Assembly (NCBI GenBank): GCA_043803945.1
Contig: JAZDJN010000031.1
Location: 1 to 57,822 of the forward strand
From: a bacterium
GTDB lineage: Bacteria; Bacteroidota; Ignavibacteria; UBA10030
DNA length: 57,822 nucleotides
Direction: 5' to 3'
Both the position numbers and the translations under genes were made by a program. This document shows positions 48,385-57,822 of the stretch, piece after piece. Every line of letters begins with the position of its first letter. Within the stretch, counting starts at the first letter, position 1. The notes under the pieces are model-generated. The model was not told the DNA's origin. It did no database searches and saw only the letters and a list, made by a program, of their open reading frames with translations.

Positions 48385-49043
48385 GTATTTCGCTCCTGAC
48401 GGAGCTCAGAATATTTTCCCTTATTTAAGCTATAAATATTATGCCCCAACGGGGCATTAGCGTGTCTTGTTTATTTTTCAGGTGTAACAGTCCCATGCCT
48501 ACGGCAGGCAAATGGACGGTAAAGAATGTTTTATTCTGTATCCTTTCTTAGGCTGTCGTTGTAGTCATCAAAGAATAATCTATTCCACCATTATAATTTA
48601 TTCAGCTTACTATGCAAAAACAAAAAACGGTAAATTATGGTTTGGAAAGTCAGGCTTAAAAAAAAATATCTTAGTAACTCACGTTACGTAAAATGACAAA
48701 ACCAAGATAATGTCGTCCCACTGGGGCTCAAACATCGACGCTGAAGCATTACGACAAATATTTTGCTCCTATCGGAGCTTTAGAAATTGGGACGATTTCT
48801 CTCAAAGTCCCCAGGCTAATAGTCCTGTAGGGACGAGAGATGTGTAGAACGAATGATGTAGCTATATTCAAGCTCTGTAAGAGCGACATAAAAACTATTG
48901 TCATCATACACCTGCGTAACGTGAGTTAGTCATAACCGTCTCTCATAAAGCGTTTTCATGCATTTTCATAAAAGGCTCCGTAGGAGCCGGATATTTATAA
49001 CAACACCAACGCATTACATCGAGCTCCGTAGGAGCGAAATGTC
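48385..49043. repeat. REPIN copy B (direct repeat of copy A, with insertion)
   Basis: Aligns by eye to 47481-47886 apart from the insert at 48675-48928. Confidence 0.85.
48675..48928. mobile_element. MITE with 14-bp perfect TIR carrying four REP hairpins
   Basis: TAACTCACGTTACG...CGTAACGTGAGTTA; absent from the equivalent site of copy A (atcttag|acgtc). Confidence 0.8.
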
Positions 49044-49095
49044 AATATGCTTCCATCAGCACTTGTTGGCATGCCGGCGATCATATCAGCGTGTT

Positions 49096-50535
49096 CTATC
49101 TATCGAGAGCGGCAAATGGAAATTCTTTAGATGGCGTATGCTCCTTCTTCATGATCGCTTGGATGCGAGATACAATTACGGGATGCTGATGGGCCACGTT
49201 GTTCTTCTCACCTATATCGGCGCTCAAGTTATACAACTCGATCGGTGCATCGGTATTCTTCTGAAGATTTTGTCGGACACCTTTCCATGATCCAAGCCGC
49301 ACCATTTGTTGCCCGCCATAAGCAGCAAATTCCATGTAGAGATAAGGATGTTTCCGCTGAGTTCCTTTGTTAAGAAGAGTCGGCGCATAACTTATCCCAT
49401 CGATGTCCCGCGGAATTAGTGACTCAGCTCCAATGACATCGAGGAGAGTCGGCAGGATATCCTGAAACGCACAGAGGTGGTCGGTAGTTATTCCGGCCTG
49501 GATCTTGCCGGGACATCGGGCGATCATTGGAATCCGAATTCCTCCATCGTACACCGAACCTTTTGCAGCCCGAAAATCACCGGTGCCATTAAAGAATGCC
49601 GGATCATATCCCCCAATATCATATGTTGAACCATTGTCGCTGGAGAAAAGGACTAGTGTGTCCTCCTCCAGGTTAAGTTCTTTGAGAAGTTTCAGTATAC
49701 GACCAACCGATCGATCGAGCCTTGACACCATTGCTGCATACGCCGCACGCGGATATTTCTGCGGAAGGTAACCTTTCTTACCATCGTACGCAGTTTCTTC
49801 CCATTTGTCTTTATACTCGGCGAGAGAATCCTCCGGTACCTGAAGAGCGAGATGGGGAATGGTTGTCGTGTAGAAGAGGAAGAAGGGGTGTTCCTTGTTT
49901 CCTCGAATAAATTCCAACGCTTCCTTTTCCATTAGATCCGGGGCATACTGCTTACCGGTCTCCTTGGCTTCGTTTCCTTCAAGCTGAATTCGTTCCTGAT
50001 TTCTCCAGAGGTATGTTGGATAATAATTATGGGCATGGCGCTGGCAATTGTAACCGAAGAAGTGATCGAATCCCTGTTTGTTCGGATCTCCTACAGAGCC
50101 GGGATATCCAAGCCCCCACTTTCCGATAACGGCAGTTGTGTATCCCTGCTGTTTAAGCAGCTTTGCTATCGTAACTGTCTTTGCGGGAATCGGTTCCTGT
50201 CCTTCCGGTTGGATCTCTCGGTTATCGCGGACGTGAGAATGTCCGGTATGTTTTCCGGTGAGAAGCACACATCGTGAAGGTGCACAGACCGGGCTTCCGC
50301 TGTAATGTTGTGTAAAGCGGATTCCTTCCTGAGCAAAGCGGTCGATATTCGGCGTCTTGATTTTTGTCTGGCCATAACATCCCAGTTCCCGGCACCCGAG
50401 ATCATCGCCGAGAATGAAGATGATATTCGTTTTTTTAGCGCCCGGGAGATCGGTAAACCTTATTGTTGAAAGGGGGAGCATTGCCGCACCAGCAAGCCCC
50501 ATCGTTTTGATAAAGTGGCGGCGGGAATGTTTCAT
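49096..50535 (-). CDS. Tat-exported Cys-type arylsulfatase
   Basis: SRRHFIK Tat motif; DDLG; CAPSR..LLTG; GKWG; SDNG. Confidence 0.95.
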   Translation of the reverse strand: MKHSRRHFIKTMGLAGAAMLPLSTIRFTDLPGAKKTNIIFILGDDLGCRELGCYGQTKIKTPNIDRFAQEGIRFTQHYSGSPVCAPSRCVLLTGKHTGHSHVRDNREIQPEGQEPIPAKTVTIAKLLKQQGYTTAVIGKWGLGYPGSVGDPNKQGFDHFFGYNCQRHAHNYYPTYLWRNQERIQLEGNEAKETGKQYAPDLMEKEALEFIRGNKEHPFFLFYTTTIPHLALQVPEDSLAEYKDKWEETAYDGKKGYLPQKYPRAAYAAMVSRLDRSVGRILKLLKELNLEEDTLVLFSSDNGSTYDIGGYDPAFFNGTGDFRAAKGSVYDGGIRIPMIARCPGKIQAGITTDHLCAFQDILPTLLDVIGAESLIPRDIDGISYAPTLLNKGTQRKHPYLYMEFAAYGGQQMVRLGSWKGVRQNLQKNTDAPIELYNLSADIGEKNNVAHQHPVIVSRIQAIMKKEHTPSKEFPFAALDR

Positions 50536-50557
50536 AGGAATAACCCTCTATACTCAT

Positions 50558-50645
50558 TGCAAAATGAAAAATTCAAAATGCAAAGTTGTTATTTTCATTT
50601 TTCGTTTTATACTATTCCATTTTAATTTTTCATTTTACATTTTTA
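50558..50645. repeat. Inverted heptamer arrays
   Basis: tgcaaaatgaaaaattcaaaatgcaaa ... ttttcatttttcg...ttttcattttacatttt. Confidence 0.7.
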
Positions 50646-51789
50646 ATTGAGATTGGATCCATTCACGAGCCAGATTACTCAACCGGGCATCGGCATGAGC
50701 AAAGAACATTTTGAATGATTCACAAAAATGGTTGTGTCCCATATTCTGGGGATTACTGATCCGGTCTTTGGTGCAGCCTCCCCAACAGTAGCGAAGCCAT
50801 TGACAGGGGGGACATTCGGGCGGTAACTCTGCTTTCCAAATCCCGAATTCTTTCTGCCGGGGTGAGTTCAACATCTCGTTTATCGATCCTTCCATCAGAT
50901 TGCCCAGGTGCCATGATGGTTCCACAAAAAAATCGCAGGAGTACACATCACCAGTATGTTCGATGACAACGTAATTACCGCATTCCTTCACGAGCGTGCA
51001 TTCCGGTGCCGGCAATCCGACATAGTTGTGGAAAACTGAATCGAAGTAACGAATTGAAGTCGTTGGGAGCCCATCTTTAAAATCGCTCATCCAAAGGTCA
51101 AAGAGTATGCAGAGGAATGTACCATACGCTTCTGCAGAGACAGAGTACGATGCCGGGAGATCCTTTGTTATAGCATCGGGTTCGATGCAGGGGATGAATT
51201 GCATATAGCTTAGGCCGAGAGATTTATGGAAGTGATAAATCTCCTCCGGGAATTGTGCCGAATAGTCGTTCACCACGGTGAGGGCATTCACTTCGACCTG
51301 ATGGTTGAGGAGCATTTTAGCGCGATCCTCGACCTCCTGCCAGGACCCTTTTTTATTGAGATGAATGCGATACTTGTCGTGGATATATTCCGGGCCATCA
51401 ATAGAAAGGCCGACAAGGAATTTTGTCTCCGAAAGAAAGTCAGCCCACTCCTCGTTCAGGAGAATACCGTTTGTCTGCAATCCATTCCCGACTATTTGGT
51501 TTTTCCCATAGCGAGATTGGAATTCAATGGCCTTTCTGAAAAAAGGAAGACCCATCAGTGTCGGTTCGCCGCCCTGCCATCCGAACGAAACCATGCTGCC
51601 GCTCTGGGTCATAATTTGGCGCACAGTCTCCTCAAGAACTTGCTCACCCATCCGATGAACTTTTACTTGAGGGAAGATGTCCGACTTCTGCAAATAGAAA
51701 CAATAGGAACAATCAAGATTGCAGTCCGGCCCGGCCGGTTTGATAAGAACAGAGGTAAGTGGTTTCACCTGATCGTTTGTCGTTTTCAA
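50635..51789 (-). CDS. Anaerobic sulfatase-maturating radical SAM/SPASM enzyme (anSME)
   Basis: IKP..CNLDCSYCFY, WQGGEP, LQTNG, SPASM C..C..GDVYSCD..C..C.....C.GGC..C; immediately upstream of the sulfatase. Confidence 0.95.
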   Translation of the reverse strand: MKTTNDQVKPLTSVLIKPAGPDCNLDCSYCFYLQKSDIFPQVKVHRMGEQVLEETVRQIMTQSGSMVSFGWQGGEPTLMGLPFFRKAIEFQSRYGKNQIVGNGLQTNGILLNEEWADFLSETKFLVGLSIDGPEYIHDKYRIHLNKKGSWQEVEDRAKMLLNHQVEVNALTVVNDYSAQFPEEIYHFHKSLGLSYMQFIPCIEPDAITKDLPASYSVSAEAYGTFLCILFDLWMSDFKDGLPTTSIRYFDSVFHNYVGLPAPECTLVKECGNYVVIEHTGDVYSCDFFVEPSWHLGNLMEGSINEMLNSPRQKEFGIWKAELPPECPPCQWLRYCWGGCTKDRISNPQNMGHNHFCESFKMFFAHADARLSNLAREWIQSQLKM

Positions 51790-51957
51790 TTCTGGTTAAG
51801 AGAAAGTAGTGAGAGAGATTGATTGATTCAACTGTGATTGCCTTCGCTATCATCTTGCCAGTCATGAATTGCCCGGCTGCTGCTTTCCTGCAGATGCCGA
51901 GGAAACGTACGACCGATCGTTTGAATTTTTTGCACGGTTAGTAACCGAACACCGAGT

Positions 51958-53013
51958 TTAATCTTGGGATCTCCTCGATGACTCCAACGTGTAAATCTCC
52001 AGCAAATCGTTGATCACCCCGTACGCAGTATCGGACACCGTTGGTTGTTCCTGTCGAATGGCCAGCGGGCACATGAGGTCGGTTTCAATGCGAATAATGG
52101 ATCCGGTTCCAGAGACTGCTGCAAAGGGATCGGTCAGTGGCAGATATTCGGGTTTCACGGAAGCTTTGACCGCACCATCCTGACGACAAGCGCGAGCAAT
52201 GAGCTTGAGGCATTGTCCAAAATCATGACGAGATCGGATCTCTTCCTCTGAATGATTCTCGATGCCCTTCCTCGTAACATCGCAGGGTGTTAACGAACCG
52301 CCCAGAAGCACATTGGAGAGTATGCTGATTTTAGCTGCTGCGTCCCATCCTTCGATATCATGAGATGGATCAGCCTCGGCAATACCAAGGTTCTGCGCTT
52401 TGATAACTGCTTCTGCATAAGTAGATCCCTTCTCAATTTCTGTAAGTATAACATTTGTAGTGGAATTGAGAATGCCACTTACTCCGGTGATGGTGCATCC
52501 CTTTAATGCTGAACGGGCAAGATTGAAGATTGGCGCTCCATCCATCACTGTCGATTCAAAGAGAAGATGCCTATCGTTAGACTCTGCCAGGCGTTTGAGA
52601 TCGTGGTAGGCAAATGCTATGGGACCTTTGTTTGCCGAGACAGCATGGTGAGAGGTTTGCAGGGCATCCCGTAGATACTGAAGAGCCGGTTCACCTCGCG
52701 ATGCTATAGAGAGAGACGACATCTCCACTACAATGTCATAGAGATCGCTCCGGAGAATCGAACGTACATCCCGGCCGGCGTACTCCGGATCTGTTGAAGG
52801 AAGAACTCCAGATTCCTGCATATCGGCAAGCGCACGTTTGACATCAATCCCTGCTGGATTCAGGACCATTCCATGGAAACGGGTACAGATGCCGGTGAGA
52901 AGAAATTTGCGATCAGATAAATGTCGGTAATTCTCTTTCGGTGCGAAAAGAATTTCAGTGACCTTTTGTCCGACGTGGCCGAAGCCGATAAACAGAAGTC
53001 GAAGCGGTTTCAC
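51958..53013 (-). CDS. hom: Homoserine dehydrogenase (no ACT domain)
   Basis: GFGHVG, ANKGP, ESTV..G.P, GILNSTTN, AEADPS.D.EG.DAAAK. Confidence 0.9.
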   Translation of the reverse strand: MKPLRLLFIGFGHVGQKVTEILFAPKENYRHLSDRKFLLTGICTRFHGMVLNPAGIDVKRALADMQESGVLPSTDPEYAGRDVRSILRSDLYDIVVEMSSLSIASRGEPALQYLRDALQTSHHAVSANKGPIAFAYHDLKRLAESNDRHLLFESTVMDGAPIFNLARSALKGCTITGVSGILNSTTNVILTEIEKGSTYAEAVIKAQNLGIAEADPSHDIEGWDAAAKISILSNVLLGGSLTPCDVTRKGIENHSEEEIRSRHDFGQCLKLIARACRQDGAVKASVKPEYLPLTDPFAAVSGTGSIIRIETDLMCPLAIRQEQPTVSDTAYGVINDLLEIYTLESSRRSQD

Positions 53014-53028
53014 GAAATCGTCTTACCT

Positions 53029-54273
53029 TTATCTCTTGTGTGCCAATGATGATACTGTGTCCAGGAGTTTATCTATCTCTTCGCTGGTATTATAAAGAAG
53101 AACACCCACGCGGGTAACTCCCCCTTTTTCCAGTAATCCGAATAATTCTATAGAACGAATCGCATAGAAATGTCCGTCCCAGGTACATATTCCTACTTCG
53201 CCAAGATGTGAACACACTTCTTCCGGTGAGAGCGATCGCATGCGGAATGAAACAGTCGGTGCGCGAAGGCCAGATTCAAATGAGGGACCGAAGATTTTTA
53301 CTCCATCGATCTTCCGTAATCCATCGTAGAGTTTCAGCGCCAGTGTTCGCTCATAGTGGGTTGTGTGTTGCATCGCGTTGACGATGCGTTCACGAAGCGT
53401 CGCTCCTTCGGCGAGCGATGCGATGAACTCGATGGCTGCTTTGACACCGAGAATGGCAGCGTGATTCAATGTGCCAGTCTCAATGCGATAGGGTGCCGAT
53501 TGATCCTGTGTGCGTAAGCGGTCAGTTTCAAGCTGATCGAGTAGTCCTTCCCGGGCATAGAGAATTCCAACATGAGGGCCATAAAATTTATACGCCGAAC
53601 AAATGAGAAAATCAACATCAAGCGCCTTGACATCGATGGGGAAATGCGGAGCATAATGGACAGCATCCACGAACAGGTATGCACCGGCTTTTGAAGTCAG
53701 TTCGCGTACGAGAGTAATATCGTTCACTGTGCCAAAGGCATTCGATGCTGCACCCATGGCGACCAGCCGGGTCCGTGTCGATATCTTACTCCTCAAGTCG
53801 TCATAATCCAGAGTACAATCCTCCTTCACGCGAATTTCGTTCACCACAATTCCTCGTTCGCGTAATGAAAGCCATGGGCCGCGATTTGCCTCATGGTCGA
53901 GTTGGGTAATTAATACTTCGTCTCCTTCCTTGAATGCGCGGCCGATTGCTTTGCTCAGCGAGTAGGTCAGTGTGGTCATGTTGGCACCGAAGGAGATGGT
54001 CTTGCTGGTCGGTGCGCCGAGAAATGCTGCAGCGGTCTCCCGCGTTTGCTGGACCAATCGATCGGATTCCTGGCTCGTGATAAATTGACCATGAGTGTTG
54101 GCATTGCAGGTAGTGTAATACTGTACCATGGCATCAATGACTGGTTGAGGCATTTGTGATCCCGCAGGCCCGTCGAGGTAGACAAGAGGATGTGCTTGAT
54201 AGATACGGTTTAACGAAGGGAAGCTGGCCCTTCGTTCGTGGATTGAACGATAGAATGGATGTGTTGGGATCAT
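53029..54273 (-). CDS. Cysteine desulfurase-like class V PLP enzyme
   Basis: YLDGPAG.Q, DHEAN, DAVH, SAYKFYGP, ETGT; WDGHFY in place of RxGHHC. Confidence 0.88.
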   Translation of the reverse strand: MIPTHPFYRSIHERRASFPSLNRIYQAHPLVYLDGPAGSQMPQPVIDAMVQYYTTCNANTHGQFITSQESDRLVQQTRETAAAFLGAPTSKTISFGANMTTLTYSLSKAIGRAFKEGDEVLITQLDHEANRGPWLSLRERGIVVNEIRVKEDCTLDYDDLRSKISTRTRLVAMGAASNAFGTVNDITLVRELTSKAGAYLFVDAVHYAPHFPIDVKALDVDFLICSAYKFYGPHVGILYAREGLLDQLETDRLRTQDQSAPYRIETGTLNHAAILGVKAAIEFIASLAEGATLRERIVNAMQHTTHYERTLALKLYDGLRKIDGVKIFGPSFESGLRAPTVSFRMRSLSPEEVCSHLGEVGICTWDGHFYAIRSIELFGLLEKGGVTRVGVLLYNTSEEIDKLLDTVSSLAHKR

Positions 54274-54427
54274 TGTACGGCAACCTTTATTCTGATGGAT
54301 GAGTTGAGCAACAGAATGTTTCTCTGTTCCGAGAGCATGGCTTTGATGAATCTACATCTTCAAGGATGGAGAATCAAGAAGCAAATGTCCCCTTATGGTT
54401 CTTCTTCGGAAAATCGTCCCGGGGAAC

Positions 54428-54454
54428 TGTAACTTCTCATCGGCGAAATCGTCT
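54428..54454 (+). promoter_or_regulatory. Putative ECF sigma promoter
   Basis: TGTAAC-N16-CGTCT upstream of the outer-membrane protein gene. Confidence 0.5.
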
Positions 54455-54512
54455 GAAGAAATAGTCAAAGCACAAAGAAATTCAATGAAGATGATATAAT
54501 CCTAGTTTTTAC

Positions 54513-56708
54513 GTGAAGGAAGAGTCTATGCACTGTTTTGCCATCCTCCTTATGCTTCTCAATCTCGCGTTCTTCCCCCTCCAGGCTGATTCAAAGAAAA
54601 TACTATCGTTGAAAAAAACACAGCAGAAAATTGCTGTTGATGGCTTCATTGATGCAACCTGGTCATCAGCGGATTCGGTCGAGGATTTTATCCAGCAAAA
54701 TCCCTATCACTCAAAGAATCCCTCCCGGCGCACGGTCGTTAAAATCTTAACCACGGAACAGGCCCTCTATTGTCTCATGATTTGTGAGGATTCAAGGGAA
54801 AATATCCAGAGCATTACAGGAAAAGTCGATGATGGTAATGGAGACCTTGTTGCGCTTTATCTGGATACATTTGGCGACAAGAGAACAGCATATCAGTTCA
54901 TGGTTACGGCGTCGGGAGTGCGGAACGATGCGAGAATGCTCGACGATGCCCGCAACCAGGATTCGAATTGGGATGGAATCTGGTTTGCCTCTTCCAAAGT
55001 GTACGATTGGGGCTATGTGGTTGAAATGGAAATCCCATATCGTTCCATCCAATATGACGAGTCATTGAAGGAGTGGGGAATAGACTTCGAACGATGGCTC
55101 GCGACATTGAAAGAGGATAATTACTGGTGTCCCTACGAAGAGAATGAAGGGCAGCGGATTTCAAAGTTCGGAAAGCTGGTGTTCGAATCGTATTATCCCT
55201 CGATCAAAGGGATGAACCTCGAGGTCTATCCGGTTGGCATCACGAAAGCAACATTGCTTTCCGATGGGAAATACAAGGGGAATGCGGATGCCGGTATCGA
55301 CATTTTCTATAATCCCTCGCAGAAGCTCACATTTCAGTTAACGGGAAATCCTGACTTTGCCCAGATTGAGGCGGATCCGTACTCCTTTAACATCTCCCGC
55401 TACGAATCGTATTTTTCTGAACGTCGGCCATTCTTCACGCAGGGAAATGAAGTCTTCACTCCTTCGGGTCGGGATAATAGCTCAGGCTTCTACCAGCCGC
55501 TCGAACTCTTCTATTCACGAAGGATCGGGAAGAAACTATCCGATGGTTCAGAAGTACCGCTGCTCGTCGGTACGAAAGCGTTCGGCAGGTTTGAGGATCT
55601 GGAGTATGGAGGATTCCTTGCCATGACTGGAGAAAAGGAATATTCGGAGGATGGAGAAAATGTTCTCGAGCCCCGCGCCTACTTCGGATCGGCAAGGTTG
55701 AAAAAACAAATACTGGGCAACTCGTCGGTTGGAATCCTGTTCGTCGGAAAACGCACAGCCGATCACAGCAATGCAGTGCTCGATGTCGACGGAGCGTTCC
55801 GTGGATCCGATTGGCAGCTTTCCTATCAGATTGCGCGGTCATTCATGGACAACAAAGGGGACTTCGGCGGTTCAGCCGGATTGATGATGTTTAAAGAAAA
55901 GCTCATTCTCGGTATCCGGACGAAGTACATCGGAAATTCATTCGATATCAACGAGGTCGGGTTTGTGCCCTGGAAGGGAACGGCCGAGTTCACAGCATTC
56001 GGCGGCCCCCGATGGTATTTCGCCGACGGCTATCTAAGACAGGTCCTTCTCTATACTGGGGCTTCGTTCAATTATGAACGTACCGATTGGTACACCGATC
56101 ATGCTGCAGTACTCGGTTTGAACATGCAATTCCGGCCTAATTGGGGTTATGAGTTAACACTGATGGGAGGCAAGTCGAAGGATCTCGAGACGAAATATGA
56201 TTCCTATGAGGTGAGTCTCAGCAGTTGGTTTAATGTTTCATCGAAATGGTCGGGCAACACTCAATTGGGATATTCCAAGACCTATAATTTCTCCCGTGAA
56301 TACCTTGCATCGTATGGACGATTGACCGGGTACGTTAGCTGGCATGCTCTGAACATTCTGGACGTTGGCACCTCCTTTGGGATGTTCATTGAGAATAAAC
56401 CCGATAATTCGATTGAAGAGATAACCTATAATGCACGGCCTTTCTTTTCCCTTACTCCGGTGAATGATCTCAATATCCGGGTCTATGTTGACAATCTCTA
56501 TTTGCGTTCCAGCCGACAGATGGAACAGGTGGTGGCAGGATTCCTGTTTTCGTACAGCTTTCTTCCAAAGAGCTGGATTTATCTCGCTGTGAATGAGATT
56601 CATGATCGAAGTGAAGAATACGATCGGGCGGGATTGACATTGCCGAATCGGCTCCATGTCACGGATCGGGCAAGCGTTTTTAAAATCAAATATCTTTACT
56701 ATCTATAA
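54513..56708 (+). CDS. CBM9-like + DUF5916 outer-membrane beta-barrel protein
   Basis: I.VDG..D..W, WD..W, E..IP, NPDFAQIEAD, E.RPFF, FYSRRIG, C-terminal KIKYLYYL; the start may be ATG 54528. Confidence 0.85.
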   Translation: MKEESMHCFAILLMLLNLAFFPLQADSKKILSLKKTQQKIAVDGFIDATWSSADSVEDFIQQNPYHSKNPSRRTVVKILTTEQALYCLMICEDSRENIQSITGKVDDGNGDLVALYLDTFGDKRTAYQFMVTASGVRNDARMLDDARNQDSNWDGIWFASSKVYDWGYVVEMEIPYRSIQYDESLKEWGIDFERWLATLKEDNYWCPYEENEGQRISKFGKLVFESYYPSIKGMNLEVYPVGITKATLLSDGKYKGNADAGIDIFYNPSQKLTFQLTGNPDFAQIEADPYSFNISRYESYFSERRPFFTQGNEVFTPSGRDNSSGFYQPLELFYSRRIGKKLSDGSEVPLLVGTKAFGRFEDLEYGGFLAMTGEKEYSEDGENVLEPRAYFGSARLKKQILGNSSVGILFVGKRTADHSNAVLDVDGAFRGSDWQLSYQIARSFMDNKGDFGGSAGLMMFKEKLILGIRTKYIGNSFDINEVGFVPWKGTAEFTAFGGPRWYFADGYLRQVLLYTGASFNYERTDWYTDHAAVLGLNMQFRPNWGYELTLMGGKSKDLETKYDSYEVSLSSWFNVSSKWSGNTQLGYSKTYNFSREYLASYGRLTGYVSWHALNILDVGTSFGMFIENKPDNSIEEITYNARPFFSLTPVNDLNIRVYVDNLYLRSSRQMEQVVAGFLFSYSFLPKSWIYLAVNEIHDRSEEYDRAGLTLPNRLHVTDRASVFKIKYLYYL

Positions 56709-56721
56709 TCCTCTCAGTCAC

Positions 56722-57110
56722 TCAAGCATTGAAGGCGTTCTCAAAATTCTGGAACGCCTTCATAGTATGAATCCTCGTATTGTGGACCCAGAATTCAAGA
56801 AGTTCGCCGTCGATATCGCTCCCGACGGTCACGGTCTCTCCCTCAGCGCTTGCTTCGAGTGCGTTCTTAATCATATTGCCAAGCACCCGGCGGAGAATCA
56901 TGGTATCTGAAACAAAAACGACCAGAGGGATGTGGTGGTGAAGTCTTAGGATCCGATTTCTTTTCACCTTATGGTTGATATACAGTTGAATCAGACGATC
57001 CAGAAATTGTCTTGATTGAATCAACGATTCATCGACGACATATTCATTCTTTTCTGCAGCGGAGAGTATCCGTTGCGCTTTGATCTCTTCTTCTTCAAGC
57101 ACCTGAGTAT
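56722..57110 (-). pseudogene. Sensor histidine kinase fragment
   Basis: SD..ILRRVLGNMIKNALEAS (N box) is present. The H box and the G1/F/G2 boxes are missing; truncated at both ends. Confidence 0.7.
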
Positions 57111-57298
57111 GAGGCGCGCGTTCAGGCGGTGCAAATTGACTTCTGGTGGGGGGAGATGTGCATGTCTGGATTTTCTTGATGTTTTTAAATTAATCCCGAA
57201 GGGAGTTCAACATCAAAGGTGCTTGTCCTGTGTCGGAACAAGATGGTAATGCTTCTCTGCAATCCAAGTTCGTAAAAGAGAGATGGAAAATCAAACTC

Positions 57299-57506
57299 TT
57301 TGGGTCATTCACTCTGACGAAAAAGGTTTACAAATGGAACGGGAGTATAGGAGATAAATGGATCAATGAGTTGGTATTTCTAGTCTTTCTCGCTGTACCC
57401 GTTTACGAAATAGCAGGTACGATTGATGTCCTTATTCTTCATACCATAGAATTCTGGTCGGGTAAAAATCCGGCAACGGCTGAAAATTCAATTGATACTG
57501 GTGATC
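57299..57506 (+). pseudogene. DUF3332-like fragment
   Basis: FGSF.LT.K...WN....KW.NELVF....PVY.....D..I...IEFW.G.NP. It lacks the lipoprotein leader and runs into the IS end. Confidence 0.65.
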
Positions 57507-57822
57507 CACTACTGTCCGGTTAAAAGTTGAATAAATTCAACTGGTTAGCAGGGCAATGGTTATGAATTTGTGGATCAATTGGTGTAAGTGCTTGATACAA
57601 AGGGTCTTTCTGAAAAAGAGTTATGCTTAAAATCTGTAGAATTGTGTAGAGTGATTGTTTGAGTCCGAGTTCTTTTTTCATAATGGCGACTAACACGTAC
57701 ACACTCACAGCAATCCAGATTTGTGTTCGCACAGCATTGGGACTGGTACCATAAAATGCTTTGATACGTAAATGTTGTTTGATCCACTTGAAAAATAATT
57801 CAATGTGCCAGCGAGCATGAAA
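57507..57822 (-). mobile_element. IS4-family element, right end and transposase C-terminus (partial)
   Basis: RW.IELFFKWIKQHLRIKAFYGTS.NAV.TQIWIA...NQLNLF*; terminal sequence TTAACCGGACAGTAGTG overlaps the stop at 57520. Confidence 0.9.

Noticed and set aside
51851-51961. Plus-strand protein-like remnant (HELPGCCFPADAEETYDRSFEFF)
   Set aside because: Too short to assign without a search, and it has no start codon.

Overview
A 57.8 kb bacterial chromosomal segment. Gene content suggests an anaerobe-leaning Bacteroidota/Ignavibacteria-like organism; this is a tentative inference. From left to right: (1) a secreted protein split in the ORF track by an in-frame TGA followed by a SECIS-like hairpin, i.e. 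a probable unannotated U-x-C selenoprotein (126-929). (2) An AmmeMemoRadiSam locus (amrB-amrA fusion, amrS) in which both proteins carry apparent export signals, linked to a membrane spermidine-synthase-like protein and interrupted by a trifunctional chorismate mutase/prephenate dehydratase/DAHP synthase gene. (3) Permease, epimerase, peptidase and GxGYxYP genes. (4) A decaying integron cassette array with no integrase in view (about 19.7-27.6 kb; attC sites, HigBA and Phd/ParE toxin-antitoxin cassettes). (5) A dinB-czcA chimera and a CadC-regulated czcCBA/PII/P1B-ATPase heavy-metal island bracketed by one REP family. (6) Exported peptidases, PhoD, and a Y1 (IS200-like/RAYT) transposase between two direct-repeat REPINs, one carrying a nested MITE. 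(7) Sulfatase plus maturase, homoserine dehydrogenase, a desulfurase-like enzyme, a CBM9/DUF5916 barrel, gene remnants and an IS4 end. Intergenic DNA is dense with several nested palindromic repeat families, and at least six genes are deletion or fusion scars. No rRNA, tRNA or CRISPR array was seen. Family assignments come from motif recognition by eye, not from database searches.
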